The notes beneath the pieces are model-generated. The model had not been told where the DNA came from. It worked only from the letters and a program-made list of their open reading frames with translations, and did not search any database. A DNA stretch of 63,130 nucleotides, filler included, from Octopus bimaculoides (Eukaryota): NCBI RefSeq assembly GCF_001194135.2. It is 5 parts of 5 records of this genome, joined end to end, with 100 filler letters (N's around TTAATTAATTAA, not from the genome) between each part and the next. Parts side by side here need not be neighbours in the genome. Positions count along the whole stretch, not along the records: positions 28,389 to 49,292 come from NC_069010.1; positions 49,393 to 57,890 come from NC_068981.1; 3 more parts are not named here. The stretch is one strand, 5' to 3'. This document shows, piece by piece, positions 39,289 to 51,501 of this stretch (the first letter of the stretch is position 1; each line of letters begins with the position of its first letter). A program made the translations under genes and the position numbers.

Positions 39289-40715
39289 CTGCAGAAATAA
39301 AGAACCGGATAACAGTTGGTATTAAAAATAAAATTGATCACATATTGAATAATGGGTGTCTAAAAGGAAACACACGATAACAAGACATATGACAAAACAG
39401 GGACAGGAAGAAGAAGGATAAAAAGAAGAAAAAGAACAAGAACAAGAAGACGAAAAGGACGAAGAAGTAAAGAAGACCCACTGAGTATTGATGAGAAGAG
39501 ATAATTAATGTACGGTGTAATACAATCAAGGAAAGGTGTAAAATATGCTTTTTCGGCTGAATATTCGAATAAGTCCTACGTTATATCATACTGTCATTTT
39601 ACTGACACGTGACACGCTGATAATGTTATGTATGAATATCCTTATCTTTTACTTATTTCACGCATTACACCTCCGCCATGCTAGAACATTACCTTGAAAG
39701 ATATTAGTCGAGTGTACCAAATCTTGTACGCATTTTTGTAGGCTTGTTATTTAATCTATTAGTCACTTTTACCGAACGGTTAAGTAACAGCGTGGGAAAC
39801 GCACGAGCACTGTTTGTTAAGAGGTGGTTGGAGCAAAAAGAGACACAGTCACACGTGCACATATATACAGGCATCATACGACAAACTTGATTCAATTTCC
39901 GTCTACAAAACCCACTCAAAAAGTATTGGTCGACCCGAAGTAAAAGGGAAGTCACGTGAAAATGGTCCCACCGAGTGGCACTGAGACATGAGCCATATAG
40001 TTTATAACAACAAAAACATCTGCACCAATATATTTGTATGTGTGTGTGTGTGTGTGTGTATGTGTATGCGTTCGTGTGCCTGTGTACGTGTGTGTGTGTG
40101 CATGTGTAAATGTGAGTGTATGCGTGTTTACCCAGAAAAGTTCTGAAATGGCTCTTCCACGAGAAAAACAAATTACCTTTTGAAACCCGAGTCCCAAAGA
40201 ATAAGTCTTCCATAAATATTAATAAAAGTTAAAATCCCTACGTGAAGTAACTCTCAATGTAAGTATATCGTTCAAATTTTGCCTTTGTGTGAGTGCGTGT
40301 GTGTATGCATATTAGTAAGGTATTTCATTAAGGTGAGAAAATGATTTCAAAACAGTATAAAACAATTTTTTTTGAATAGCATGGTATTCTGTTAGTAAAT
40401 ATGATTTTTCTACACACAGAGACACACACGTACACGCTACACACACGGATACATCATACATATTCACCTAAAATCATATTCTCATACAAAAAAATATTTA
40501 TTCTATCACACACAATTACATACAATCGTGCACATCTTCATAGATGCACAAAGGGAAATATGACAAAATATAAATTAGGAAAACGGGGAGAGAGATAGAG
40601 AGAGAGAGAGAGAGGGGGNNNNNNNNNNGAGAGGGGGGGGGAGAAAGAAAGAGAAGACATAAAATTTCTAATGATATTACGTTAAGAAAATATTATCAAC
40701 AAAAATTGAACTTAC

Positions 40716-40787
40716 AGTTTCTTTAAATATTTAAGATTATTGAAGACACCACGTTCGATTTTCTCGATATTGTTATACTCCAAGCTT
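40716..40787 (-). CDS. LRR exon A (72 bp, phase 2-2)
   Basis: atacag|a...ct|gtaagt; SLEYNNIEKIERGVFNNLKYLKKL. Confidence 0.9.
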
Positions 40788-41713
40788 CTGTATACATAAA
40801 AAATATTATAAAGGAAATAGTTTAGAAAAAGTTTCTGTTAAAACATTAAATGTCGTGTCTTAAAATCAAAAGAGATTATGAAAGAAAAGATTGATGATAA
40901 TAATGGCGAGAATTATGTGGAAAAGAGGGGAAGTAGGAGTTGAGAAGATGAACAGGAGAGAGCGTAATATAAAAAGACGATAGACAATGCGAAATCGGGT
41001 GGAATAAGTGATATAACGCATAGATCTATAGAAGAGCGAGTAAGATACGATGAAACGAAAATGATGCATTAGAAATGGAAAAGGCAGTTGAAAAAATTAG
41101 AAAAAAGAGAGGAAACAGAAGAGGATAAGCATGAAGAATGTAGAAGAAAACTGAGAGGAAAATGGAAGATGTAGGAACAAAACACATAATGAAAGGACGA
41201 TGAGGAAAATAACAACGGAAATCGGAATGAGGAAAAGGAGAAAATATATGTAAAAAATAAATCGTACAATCACACATAAACACATATATTCACATACACA
41301 CAGTTTCGTCTAGGATATCAATTACTGACGTTGATACGCCCACACATACCTTCACAGACATACCTTCGTAGATATACATTTAAACACCCTCGAATACATT
41401 CCTACAAACACTGAGAGAGAGAGACAATGAATTAGAGAAGGATAAAGTGGGAAGAAAAGCAAGATTTGAGGACAATAAGTATTTAGATTTATCCTTGTAT
41501 GATAATACTGATTCTGTAATGAAGACGTGTGTGGCTTGAAAGAGTTTTGCTAAATTCTAATTCAGACAAATATTATAGATTGTTAAGATTTAGTCTTAAG
41601 AATCACATCAGAGAAAAGAAGTATAACAACATAGAAATGGACAAAGAATACTACGATAACAATTACGAAGAATGAGATAACAAAGTAGCATATCTAGCAG
41701 AAGTAGTTGTAGC

Positions 41714-41772
<59 letters not shown>

Positions 41773-41794
41773 CAACCACATATATCGAATTTTG

Positions 41795-43085
41795 TTTTAC
41801 ATTTATGCACTTCTGGCTACTTTGAATAACTGTCCCCACAACAAGGTAATATGAACCCTTATGTGGATCTGTGTAATCAATATGCAGTCTGTCCCATGGG
41901 ATATCTGTTTCTGGCCACTGTTGCTATATAGGAATCGATTATTTTGCTGCAAGGCACACCCTCTACATGCTTTCACTTATTTGTTCGATGTCATGGTCTG
42001 TTGTTGGCCAGTATATACAACTTCTCATGAATAAATTCATTCTCGAAATCCCTGGGTAATTAATATGAAATTGCGATAATAATCGTTTTTTAGTGCTGCT
42101 TGCACTACGAACCATTGAGTATACATCAACACTTTGTCACATAGTGAGAAATTGTTAGCATTTATGTTACGCTTAAATCTATCTCTTCTAGCTTTTAGCA
42201 TTTCTTTCATTTTTATAATGAATTTATCTTTATTCCGATTATAATCTTATGTCTTAGACAGTAATTGATGATTCACGAATAATGTTACACAAAACATTTT
42301 AAATTGCGTTTTCCACTCTCAAAGCAACAATCACGGTATCTTCCAATGGTTCCGCATTTTCCCAAATCAGTTTTGACAAACAATCCGAATGACCTAAATT
42401 CTTGGACGTTATATATTCCATCTTGAAATCATAGTTTAATTATATAGTATCCCAGCGTTGCCACCTATTAGCAGAATGGTTAAGGATTCCTTTTTCGACC
42501 CAAATATTAATAATAATAGGCAGTTATCAGGCGAAAACATCTACCGTGCAAAAATCTGTGAATTATTTCACGGCAAAAATAATCGTTAGCGTTTCTTTTT
42601 CGATTTGATTATAATATTTCTCTGCTGATATCAGAGAACGTGAGGCATGAATCACCGCCTCCATGTTACCAACATTATATATGTAGCATTAATGCTCCTT
42701 ACCATACTAAGGAGCGTCTGAACCTACAACAATCTCCGAAGCAGAATCGAAGTATGGTAACGACAAATTAGGTATTAATATCTACTATATGGATATTTTG
42801 AATATAATTTTGGTAATAAATTGCCAATCTTAAAAATGCTTGTAAGTTTGCTATATTTGTCAGAGGGGGCATTTTTTATTTGCATTTGCTCTCGACACAC
42901 TCTGATTTTATTCTTTGTTTTCTTAACGTACATAGTTGGTGCTGCCCATTGACTATATTCCACTTTTTGGATAACTCCAATTTTTCTAGTCTTTCTGTTT
43001 AAGTTTATTTGTTCTAACCTGCGAACGGTTAATTTTTGTTTAAATACTGGCGTGGCGTTTTCTTTTACGTGAGACCGGCTCAAAC
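41795..43085 (-). mobile_element. Ty3/Gypsy LTR-retrotransposon pol relic (RT start, RNase H, integrase), internally deleted
   Basis: KVEYSQWAAPTMYVKKTKNKIRVC; HASRSLISAEKYYNQIEKETLTIIFAVK; WQRWDTILYNYDFKMEY; KACRGCAL; PWDRLHIDY...YYLVV. Many stops. Confidence 0.9.
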
Positions 43086-43329
43086 CTAATTTAAACTTCA
43101 GGAAAAATATATATATTTTTTTTCAATTCGTCTGACGACTTATTTGTACTGGCGGAAAAGCTATTCACATTTTTAGAGAAAGATATATGAGGAGGTTCGA
43201 TGAGTTAAATAATTCCATTCAGTCAGTTCCCAATACGTTTGTTGTATTATTTAACACAAAACCTTTAGCATTTAAGGTTTTTCACGTAATGTTACGTTAC
43301 TTATCAATTCACCCTTAACATACAATTTT

Positions 43330-44250
43330 TTCCTGAAACACCACGGGCAATTTTCCACCACTTTTCAAACTCGTATTTCTTGTAACTTTGCTTAAAGGCT
43401 TTCTCTACTTCCTCGTAAAGCTTTTCTTCTAACAAGCCTATGACTAGATTAGCATATAAGAGTGAAAATCTCGTCCCAGTAGCTGTGCCCTTTATATGTC
43501 GATATATTTTATTATCGATCTAAAGATGTTCTCTTCTAGTACCAAGCGTGAAGCCTTGGTAATGAAGTTCGTTTTGAAGCGTTTACATATCTGCCCGCTA
43601 TTTTTTCTACCCAGTATTTGAATACCTCCAGGCCCAAAGGGTGAAGTATATTAGTATAAAGATTTGAGATGTCAAATCTTGTAAGTATAGTACGTTCTGG
43701 GACAGTGGGTGGAATATGTTTGAGGAAATCCATGTCATCTCGGATATAGCTGGGTGTTAATGGGCATAAAGGTTTCAGGAGTATATCCAAAACATAGCTT
43801 AGTTGTTGTGTTGGGGCTTAAGGTCCAGCAACTGTTCGTCTCAATTTGAGATCAGTAGATCTTAGTATTTTTATGTACTGATTCCTCTGTCCATTTATGG
43901 CTCCCTGCATTTCGGAGCTTTTGTGAATCTTGGGTGATCCGAAGAAATTGCTCTCTTTGATAACTGAGTTGCGTAAATAATCTTTCTCTTTGTCTGTGAA
44001 AGAACCTTGGTATTAATTAATTAGTGCTTTGATTTTATTCAATGTTGCCTTTTCCGGACGCCTTGGTTCTTCCTTGTAGTAGATTTGCTCTGTTTCCAAT
44101 ATTCTATCTTTATAGTAGTCTTTGTCCATGTTTGCTATCGCCCTTCCCTAATCGTCTTCTGTTAGGATGATTGAATTGTCATTCTTCAGTGTTTATAAGG
44201 CTTCTTTTTCTTCTTCACGAAGGTTCTGTTTGAATTTACGGATATTTTAT
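43330..44250 (-). mobile_element. Penelope-like RT relic, of a different subtype from 29466-31150
   Basis: NFFGSPKIHK; LDILLKPLCPLTPSYIRDDMDFLKHIP...RFDISNLYTNILHPLGL; YRHIKGTATGTRFSLLYANL. Confidence 0.9.
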
Positions 44251-44658
44251 TATATAAGATAGAATACAGATTTAAGTTTCGACCTAAAGTACGCATGTAA
44301 AACATACATGCATGTAAAATATGAGAAAAGAATAAATGTTCAAACTATTTGTAATTTGAACTAGATTTAGAAAGTCTACATTGCAACATCAGTATTCAGT
44401 GGAAGAGATTTTCATCATCTCAGAAGGCAGCTTCATTTATAAATANNNNNNNNNNNNNNNNNNNNNNNNNNNNNNNNNNNNNNNNNNNNNNNNNNNNNNN
44501 NNNNNNNNNNNNNNNNNNNNNNNNNNNNNNNNNNNNNNNNNNNNNTGTTTTCTTCAGATTATATTCCTCAGCTTTTCCATTTTAAACTAATATTCTCTCA
44601 CACTATACTTACGTGTGAGTGTGTGTGAATGTGTGTGTGTGGATATGGGTGTAACTGA

Positions 44659-44708
44659 ACCATATTTTCAAGTGGAATTTTTCAAGGTCTTACCTATTTA
44701 CAGAAATT
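44659..44708 (+). pseudogene. Degenerate 3' half of an A-type LRR exon
   Basis: *TIFSSGIFQGLTYLQKL then tt|gtaagt. The downstream intron matches that of exon A (gtaatatca.tagaaattt.atgtcttctctttctt). There is an upstream in-frame TGA and no AG at the 72-bp position. Confidence 0.7.
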
Positions 44709-44914
44709 GTAAGTACAATTTTTTTTGTAATATCAGTAGAAATTTCATGTCTTCTCTTTCTTACGATATCTCCCACTGCCACTCTAATATATGTTTTGTC
44801 ATGTTTTCGTTTGTGATTGATGAAGATGGGAACGAGTGTGTGTGTCTGTGTGTGGACAAACAAATATTTATTTTGTGTCTGATAATGAACATATGCATGA
44901 GAGTGAACATGTCA

Positions 44915-45245
44915 ACAAAGGCGGCGAGCTGGCAGAAACTATGCGCCATGGTCGACTTTACCTTTCAACCTTTCGGGGTCGATAAATTAAATACCAGTTG
45001 CATACTGCGGTCGATCTAATCAACTGGCCCCGTCGCCAACAATTTGAGACCATGTCCCTAAAGTAGAAACGAATTTTTTTAAGGCGGCGAACTTGCAGAA
45101 TTCTCAGCACACAGGACGAAATGCTTAGCGGTATTTCGTCTGTCTTTACGTTCCGGGTTCAAATTCCGCCGAGGTTGACTTTGTCTTTCACCCTTTCAGG
45201 GTCGATAAATTAAGTACCAGTTGCATACTGCCGTCGATCTAATGT
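44915..45245 (+). mobile_element. Two tandem SINE family A copies (about 44915-45065 and 45082-45245)
   Basis: aaggcggcgagctggcagaaac...ggtcgactttacctttcaacctttcggggtcgataaattaa.taccagttgcatactg, present twice. Confidence 0.9.
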
Positions 45246-47443
45246 ATTTGTAAGAAAACACATATTTACGTACAGAAAACCAAACTATCAGAATAATAAG
45301 ACAAAGTGTGAGTAGGGAATGATAAGATTTTATTAATATTTATGGATGGCCTATTGCTTAGGATTCAGATATCACAAAGGAATTCCCTTTCCCGAAGAAA
45401 ACATTTCAGAATATCTCTGGGCTAAACACACACATATATAATCACATACACTCACATTTACACTCACACACACGCACAGACATACACACACGCACACAGA
45501 GACATATACACATATATACTACAGGAACAGTTGTTTGTGTAGTATGATGGTTGTTACAAAGCACATGGTTTAAAACTCAGTATAAATCTGTGGCACGCCG
45601 GCACCTGACTTTTCTTTGTACCTCGCGTCGATCNNNNNNNNNNNNNNNNNNNNNNNNNNNNNNNNNNNNNNNNNNNNNNNNNNNNNNNNNNNNNNNNNNN
45701 NNNNNNNNNNNNNNNNNNNNNNNNNNNNNNNNNNNNNNNNNNNNNNNNNNNNNNNNNNNNNNNNNNNNNNNNNNNNNNNNNNNNNNNNNNNNNNNNNNNN
45801 NNNNNNNNNNNNNNNNNNNNNNNNNNNNNNNNNNNNNNNNNNNNNNNNNNNNNNNNNNNNNNNNNNNNNNNNNNNNNNNNNNNNNNNNNNNNNNNNNNNN
45901 NNNNNNNNNNNNNNNNNNNNNNNNNNNNNNNNNNNNNNNNNNNNNNNNNNNNNNNNNNNNNNNNNNNNNNNNNNNNNNNNNNNNNNNNNNNNNNNNNNNN
46001 NNNNNNNNNNNNNNNNNNNNNNNNNNNNNNNNNNNNNNNNNNNNNNNNNNNNNNNNNNNNNNNNNNNNNNNNNNNNNNNNNNNNNNNNNNNNNNNNNNNN
46101 NNNNNNNNNNNNNNNNNNNNNNNNNNNNNNNNNNNNNNNNNNNNNNNNNNNNNNNNNNNNNNNNNNNNNNNNNNNNNNNNNNNNNNNNNNNNNNNNNNNN
46201 NNNNNNNNNNNNNNNNNNNNNNNNNNNNNNNNNNNNNNNNNNNNNNNNNNNNNNNNNNNNNNNNNNNNNNNNNNNNNNNNNNNNNNNNNNNNNNNNNNNN
46301 NNNNNNNNNNNNNNNNNNNNNNNNNNNNNNNNNNNNNNNNNNNNNNNNNNNNNNNNNNNNNNNNNNNNNNNNNNNNNNNNNNNNNNNNNNNNNNNNNNNN
46401 NNNNNNNNNNNNNNNNNNNNNNNNNNNNNNNNNNNNNNNNNNNNNNNNNNNNNNNNNNNNNNNNNNNNNNNNNNNNNNNNNNNNNNNNATCTTCTTCTTC
46501 TTCTTCTTCTTCTTTTTCTTCTTCTTCTTCTTCTTCTTCTTCTTCTTCTTCTTCTTCTTCTTCTTCTTGTTTTAGTCTTGCTTTTATTCTTCTTTTTCTT
46601 CTTTTTCCACTTCATTCATTCCTGCATCTCTTTCTTCATCTTTCTTCTCTCTTGTCAGCCATTTCTTCGTCATCTATTTCTTGTCTTGATCTTGTTCTTG
46701 TTCTTCATCTTTTTCTTCTATATCATCTTCTTTCTCTCTTTCCTCTCCTTCTGATCTTCTTCCTTTACTTCTCTTTTCTTTTCTCTTGTTTTCTCCGTCT
46801 TTCTTTTCTTCTTCTCTTCTTACACTTCCACGTTTTTCTTTTGATTTTCTACTTCTTTCTTTATTCTTCTCTTTGTTATTCATCTTTGTCTTCTGCTTCT
46901 TTTTCTTCTTCGTATCATTATTTTTTTTCTTCTTCTTCTCACTTTTCTTCTTCCGTTACTGCACCGTCTCCTTCGTTTTTGTCTTCTACATCTTCGTCTT
47001 TTTCGTCTTTTCCTTCATTCTCTTCGACTACTCCTACTTCAAATAATTCTTCTTGTTTATCCTTTTCATTTCCTTTTCTTCTTCTTCTTGTTCTTATTCT
47101 GCTTCTTCCTCTTCCTTTACTTCTCCTTCTCTTTCGTTTTCGTCTTCTATGTTTTCGTCTCTTTTCATCATCTTCAACTACTACTTCAAATAATCCTTAC
47201 TAGTTTACCTCTTTCTCTTTCTTTGTTTCTTCTTCTTCTTCTTCTTCTTCTTCTTCTTCTTCTTCTTCTTCTTCTTCTTCTTCTTCTTCTTCTTCTTCTT
47301 CTTCTTCTTCTTCTTCTTCTTCTTCTATCCTTCTTGTTTATCAAAATCTTTGTTTTCATCGTTTGTTTGATTTCAGACATTGGTTTATTAAATTTTATCA
47401 CAATTATTTTTCATAACAAATGTTATCATCTTTACTGCTACAG

Positions 47444-47515
47444 ATATTTATACAGCAACAATATTTCGAGTATTGAGCAAGGAAGCTTCAAGGATCTTCC
47501 TAAACTACAGACATT
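47444..47515 (+). CDS. LRR exon D' (72 bp, phase 2-2), paralogue of D and B
   Basis: ctgctacag|a...tt|gtaagt; YLYSNNISSIEQGSFKDLPKLQTL. Confidence 0.88.
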
Positions 47516-48114
47516 GTAAGTTCGTTCAATTTCATTAGAAAAATATTATTTTTCATATCCTTTCTGTAATTTAATACCGCTTTTCACTCGCTCATTTCAT
47601 CACACTAACTCATAATCTGCTCCCATATTGGTAATATATCTCTATGATTATTTCTTCTCATTCATCTTTTTTGTCTTCTTCGTGTTCTTTCTCTCCTTCA
47701 TTTCCCTGCTCTTCGTCTTCTCTTTTTTCCCTACTCTTCTTCTCCTTGTTGTAGTTATCGTTGTTACTGGTTTTGCTATTGCTCTTCTTGTTCTTGTTCT
47801 TGTTCTCCTTCTTATTATTATCATTTACCATGTTTGTCTTTTTCTTCCACTTTTTCTTTTTCATGCCGTCTTTTTCCTTGCTCGCGTTCTTCATCTCCTT
47901 TCCTTTCTTTTGTGCCATATCCTTCATCTTCTTCCTTTCTTTTGTGCCATCTCCTTCATCTTCTTCCTTTCCTTTTTCTTTTTCATCTCTTATTTTTTTA
48001 ATCTTCATTTTCTTCTGCTTTTCTTCTTATGCCTCATCATCTTCTTCTTCTTAGCCTTCTTTTATTAGAAAACTGTCGTTTACATTTTCCTTTATGCATT
48101 GCTTTATGTTACAG

Positions 48115-48186
48115 ATATTTGAAGAATAATACAATCAAGAAAATCGATCGCCTAATCTTCCACAAACTTACCAGTTTAGAGTTATT
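48115..48186 (+). CDS. LRR exon E' (72 bp, phase 2-2), paralogue of E
   Basis: ctttatgttacag|a...tt|gtaagt; YLKNNTIKKIDRLIFHKLTSLELL. Confidence 0.88.
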
Positions 48187-48789
48187 GTAAGTCCAATGTT
48201 TGCTGGTAATAATTTATTAATGTTATTTCTCTATAATGTATATATCTTTTCTTTTTTACTCTGTCTCACTCTATCGCCCTCTCTCTCTTTCTATCAAACT
48301 TATTTTCGAGATTATGTCTAAGAGATTATGATTCTATGTGAATACGAATCTTTGTATTTCTCTATACGTGTGTGTGAATATTCCTGCATGCTTGAGTTAC
48401 TATGCGTGTGTAAGGACAATCATAGTTATTAGCAGTATATAATGATCTTAAAATAATTATTTCCCACAGTTTTTAAATCATTCCCTCCTCCAATGAAATA
48501 ACTTACCGACATGCATACACACACCCTGACCAACATGCCAACACACGATGTGAGCGACATTTTTTTTCATTGAATGTTAGAAAGTTTACCATGAGAGAAT
48601 GAAACATTGAGGCAACTACAGAGATTTTGTATTATGAAAATCAAGTGAATATATATAATTAAATATATAATAATAATATAGATTTAATCAAAAGATTAAA
48701 TGTGGTACTTAAAATGTTTGAGGCACCAGAATTTGGTAGGATAAAAACCAAAAACAAAATCAAGAGATTTGGTGAATAAAATTTGAAGG

Positions 48790-48962
48790 TAAGCAACAAA
48801 AATTCAATAGGTTATAGCAGTACGTACGTTTCGTACAAGCTCCATTTATTCATCTGAGGAGTACATTTTCATTGTATTTTCGGTGGTGTTCTCACTACAT
48901 GAATAAATGGAGCTTGTACGAAACGTACGTACTGCTATAACCTATTGAATTTTTGTTGCTTA
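48790..48962. repeat. Perfect inverted repeat with 64-bp arms and a 45-nt spacer
   Basis: 48790-48853 is the exact reverse complement of 48899-48962. Confidence 0.95.
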
Positions 48963-49151
48963 TCTTAAAAAAATAATTAAATATATGTGTGTGTGTGTGT
49001 GTGTAGACAAACTAATGTTTGCTTAAACAAGCGTGGTAATGTATTGTAAGATACAGATAAGGTAATAATTGACTTTCGAACGCAGAAACGCTGATAGAAC
49101 AGCAGCGACAGGATGACATATCCATATAAAACGGAAAAATATTGTCAGCAA

Positions 49152-49221
49152 GCAGCCATGAGACTCGAACTTACATCCAATTGATTACCGTTCACGAGCT
49201 TTACCAGTTATGCAAAACTGC
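49152..49221 (-). pseudogene. Degenerate tRNA-like sequence (tRNA pseudogene or SINE head)
   Basis: 70 nt with an A-box-like TAACTGGT, a B-box GTTCGAGTC and partial acceptor-stem pairing (GCAG/CTGC). The stems are mismatched. Confidence 0.3.
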
Positions 49222-51213
49222 AACTCACAAATTTATCCGCAATTTTTGAACCTGTAAACCTATATATGTATAATATATATATTTGAGTGTATNNNNNNNN
49301 NNNNNNNNNNNNNNNNNNNNNNNNNNNNNNNNNNNNTTAATTAATTAANNNNNNNNNNNNNNNNNNNNNNNNNNNNNNNNNNNNNNNNNNNNAACGACTG
49401 AGACAAGTAAAAGATATAATATAAAAGATAGAGAATATTAATATCTGTTTAAAGCAAACACAGTATGCACCCATTTTTCCTTAAATCTGTTGAAACAATC
49501 CAAATAGGGAAAATATTTTATGGGATTATGGAATGATAGGAATTTGAATTTTAAAAAAAAGCTATTTAGGAAGAATAAGCTGAAAACTGACAAGTTCTTC
49601 TAATTTTCTTTTAAACAACGGTTCTAATTTAGACAAATTTTGATGGTACTATATTTGATGGTGTGGTCTTTTATAAGCAGTAACAATTTTCCTGAAGAAA
49701 ACGTTATCGCAAGAGCTGAATTCGATATAAACGTAGCATTTAAAATAGCCTTAGTCTATTTAGTAAACAATGCTTACTGCTATATTTGCATAATAAATCA
49801 TTGCCATTTGCAGAAATTGTATTAGGATTTTTCAGCAAGACAATGCTGAAAATCGATAATTTTAATATAGTGAAGTATGTTCAGAATCTGAAAGGCCAAG
49901 TTTGAAAAGGCAAAAAACTTTAGTTGAAAGTAAGGACAATGAAGTTTTAAAACTTATTTGTGTAGAGATCATATATTATTAAACAATAAATGACAATTGC
50001 GTATTTCGGTTAAATACATGTATGATATGGATTTATTCATAGTTCCCATAGGCAAGGAAAAATATTTTGCATTATGCACCTGATGACTTGAGGGTGTAAA
50101 TGTCATAGATGGGTTTTAATTCCATGCCTTTATACTACATAAGCTTTTTATCTTACGTTTCATGAATTTTATTTAAATGTATTGTTCATGTATGTCAGTT
50201 TTACTGCACAGTGGATGTTGGAATTATGTATGTACGCTTGAATGTGTACATGCAATATATATGTGTCTATGTGTGCGTTTACATATATTCATACACACAA
50301 AAAAAGACAGACAGACACACGCACACACACACACTGTTGCATGTATTTTTCGTGTGATTGTGCGTGCATGTGTATATCTGTGTATGTGTATATATACATT
50401 TGAGTATAAACACGTGATCTATTACATTAATTAATCCATAAAGTTGCATGGCATTTCCTTAAAGGTCCTAAACATATTCGTATCTTATGTAAGATTTATA
50501 ATTCTCTTCATATTACCTAATGCATTACAAGCACAAAAAAAAAATCCGAACAAACAAACAAAACAAAACAGATAAAATCAATCAAACAAAGGAACATAGC
50601 GTGCTCTGAACTGGTATTAAATAGAATTATCTTAGCCTTATAAGGAAAACGACTTATTTTAGGAAAACAAATTCAACATAAAAAATAAGTCTTCAAGCTT
50701 GAATATTGACTATTGTATTCCGTTTCCTGCATAGAAAGAACGATTCTTTGAACCTGTTGAACATAGTTTATGCAAGCCTTGTGATAGTTCAGTTAAAAGA
50801 AGATGCTTTTCATATGAATGCATTTCCTTAGCATTTTTTTCGGAGTTTCTTCTTCGCAATAATAATGTAGGAACGGCATTCATATTCATTGAAATAAATC
50901 CTTAAGATAATTTCAAATTACTTTAAAAATAAAGAAAACGTTCATTTGAAGATGACGTGTATTTATTAGCAGTAAATCTAATAAGTAATTTCAAGATCTA
51001 AATTGTTATTGAAGATTACTCTGGTATATATCAATATAAATAGTTATACACCTACACAGCCATACATACACATAAAACGATATATATCTGCTTATACAGA
51101 TAGGCACACATTTTTTATTTCATCGAGGTAGTCTCTTACCATCCTGAAGCATGGTCATTCCTTACCCAAATGACCTTATCTTATCACCCATCACTTTTTA
51201 TGCGCTCATAAAT

Positions 51214-51258
<45 letters not shown>

Positions 51259-51462
51259 CTTTTTATCATCGGGATGATTAAAGAACCCTATTGCAGCGTT
51301 GTTTCATCGAGATATAATTCCTGCACGTTTTCGTCTCACGTATTGCTTTACAGATTACTTCCATAACACAGATGCAAGGTGAATATAAAAAGAATATTTT
51401 CTGCCTTTGAACAACACATATAGTTTGAACAACTGGATTGTTTTTTTCCATAGTTACAGATA

Positions 51463-51501
<39 letters not shown>

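Noticed and set aside
49778-49845. 68-bp minus-strand segment with good splice sites (IVLLKNPNTISANGNDLLCKYS)
   Set aside because: No family motif; such site pairs occur by chance in AT-rich DNA.
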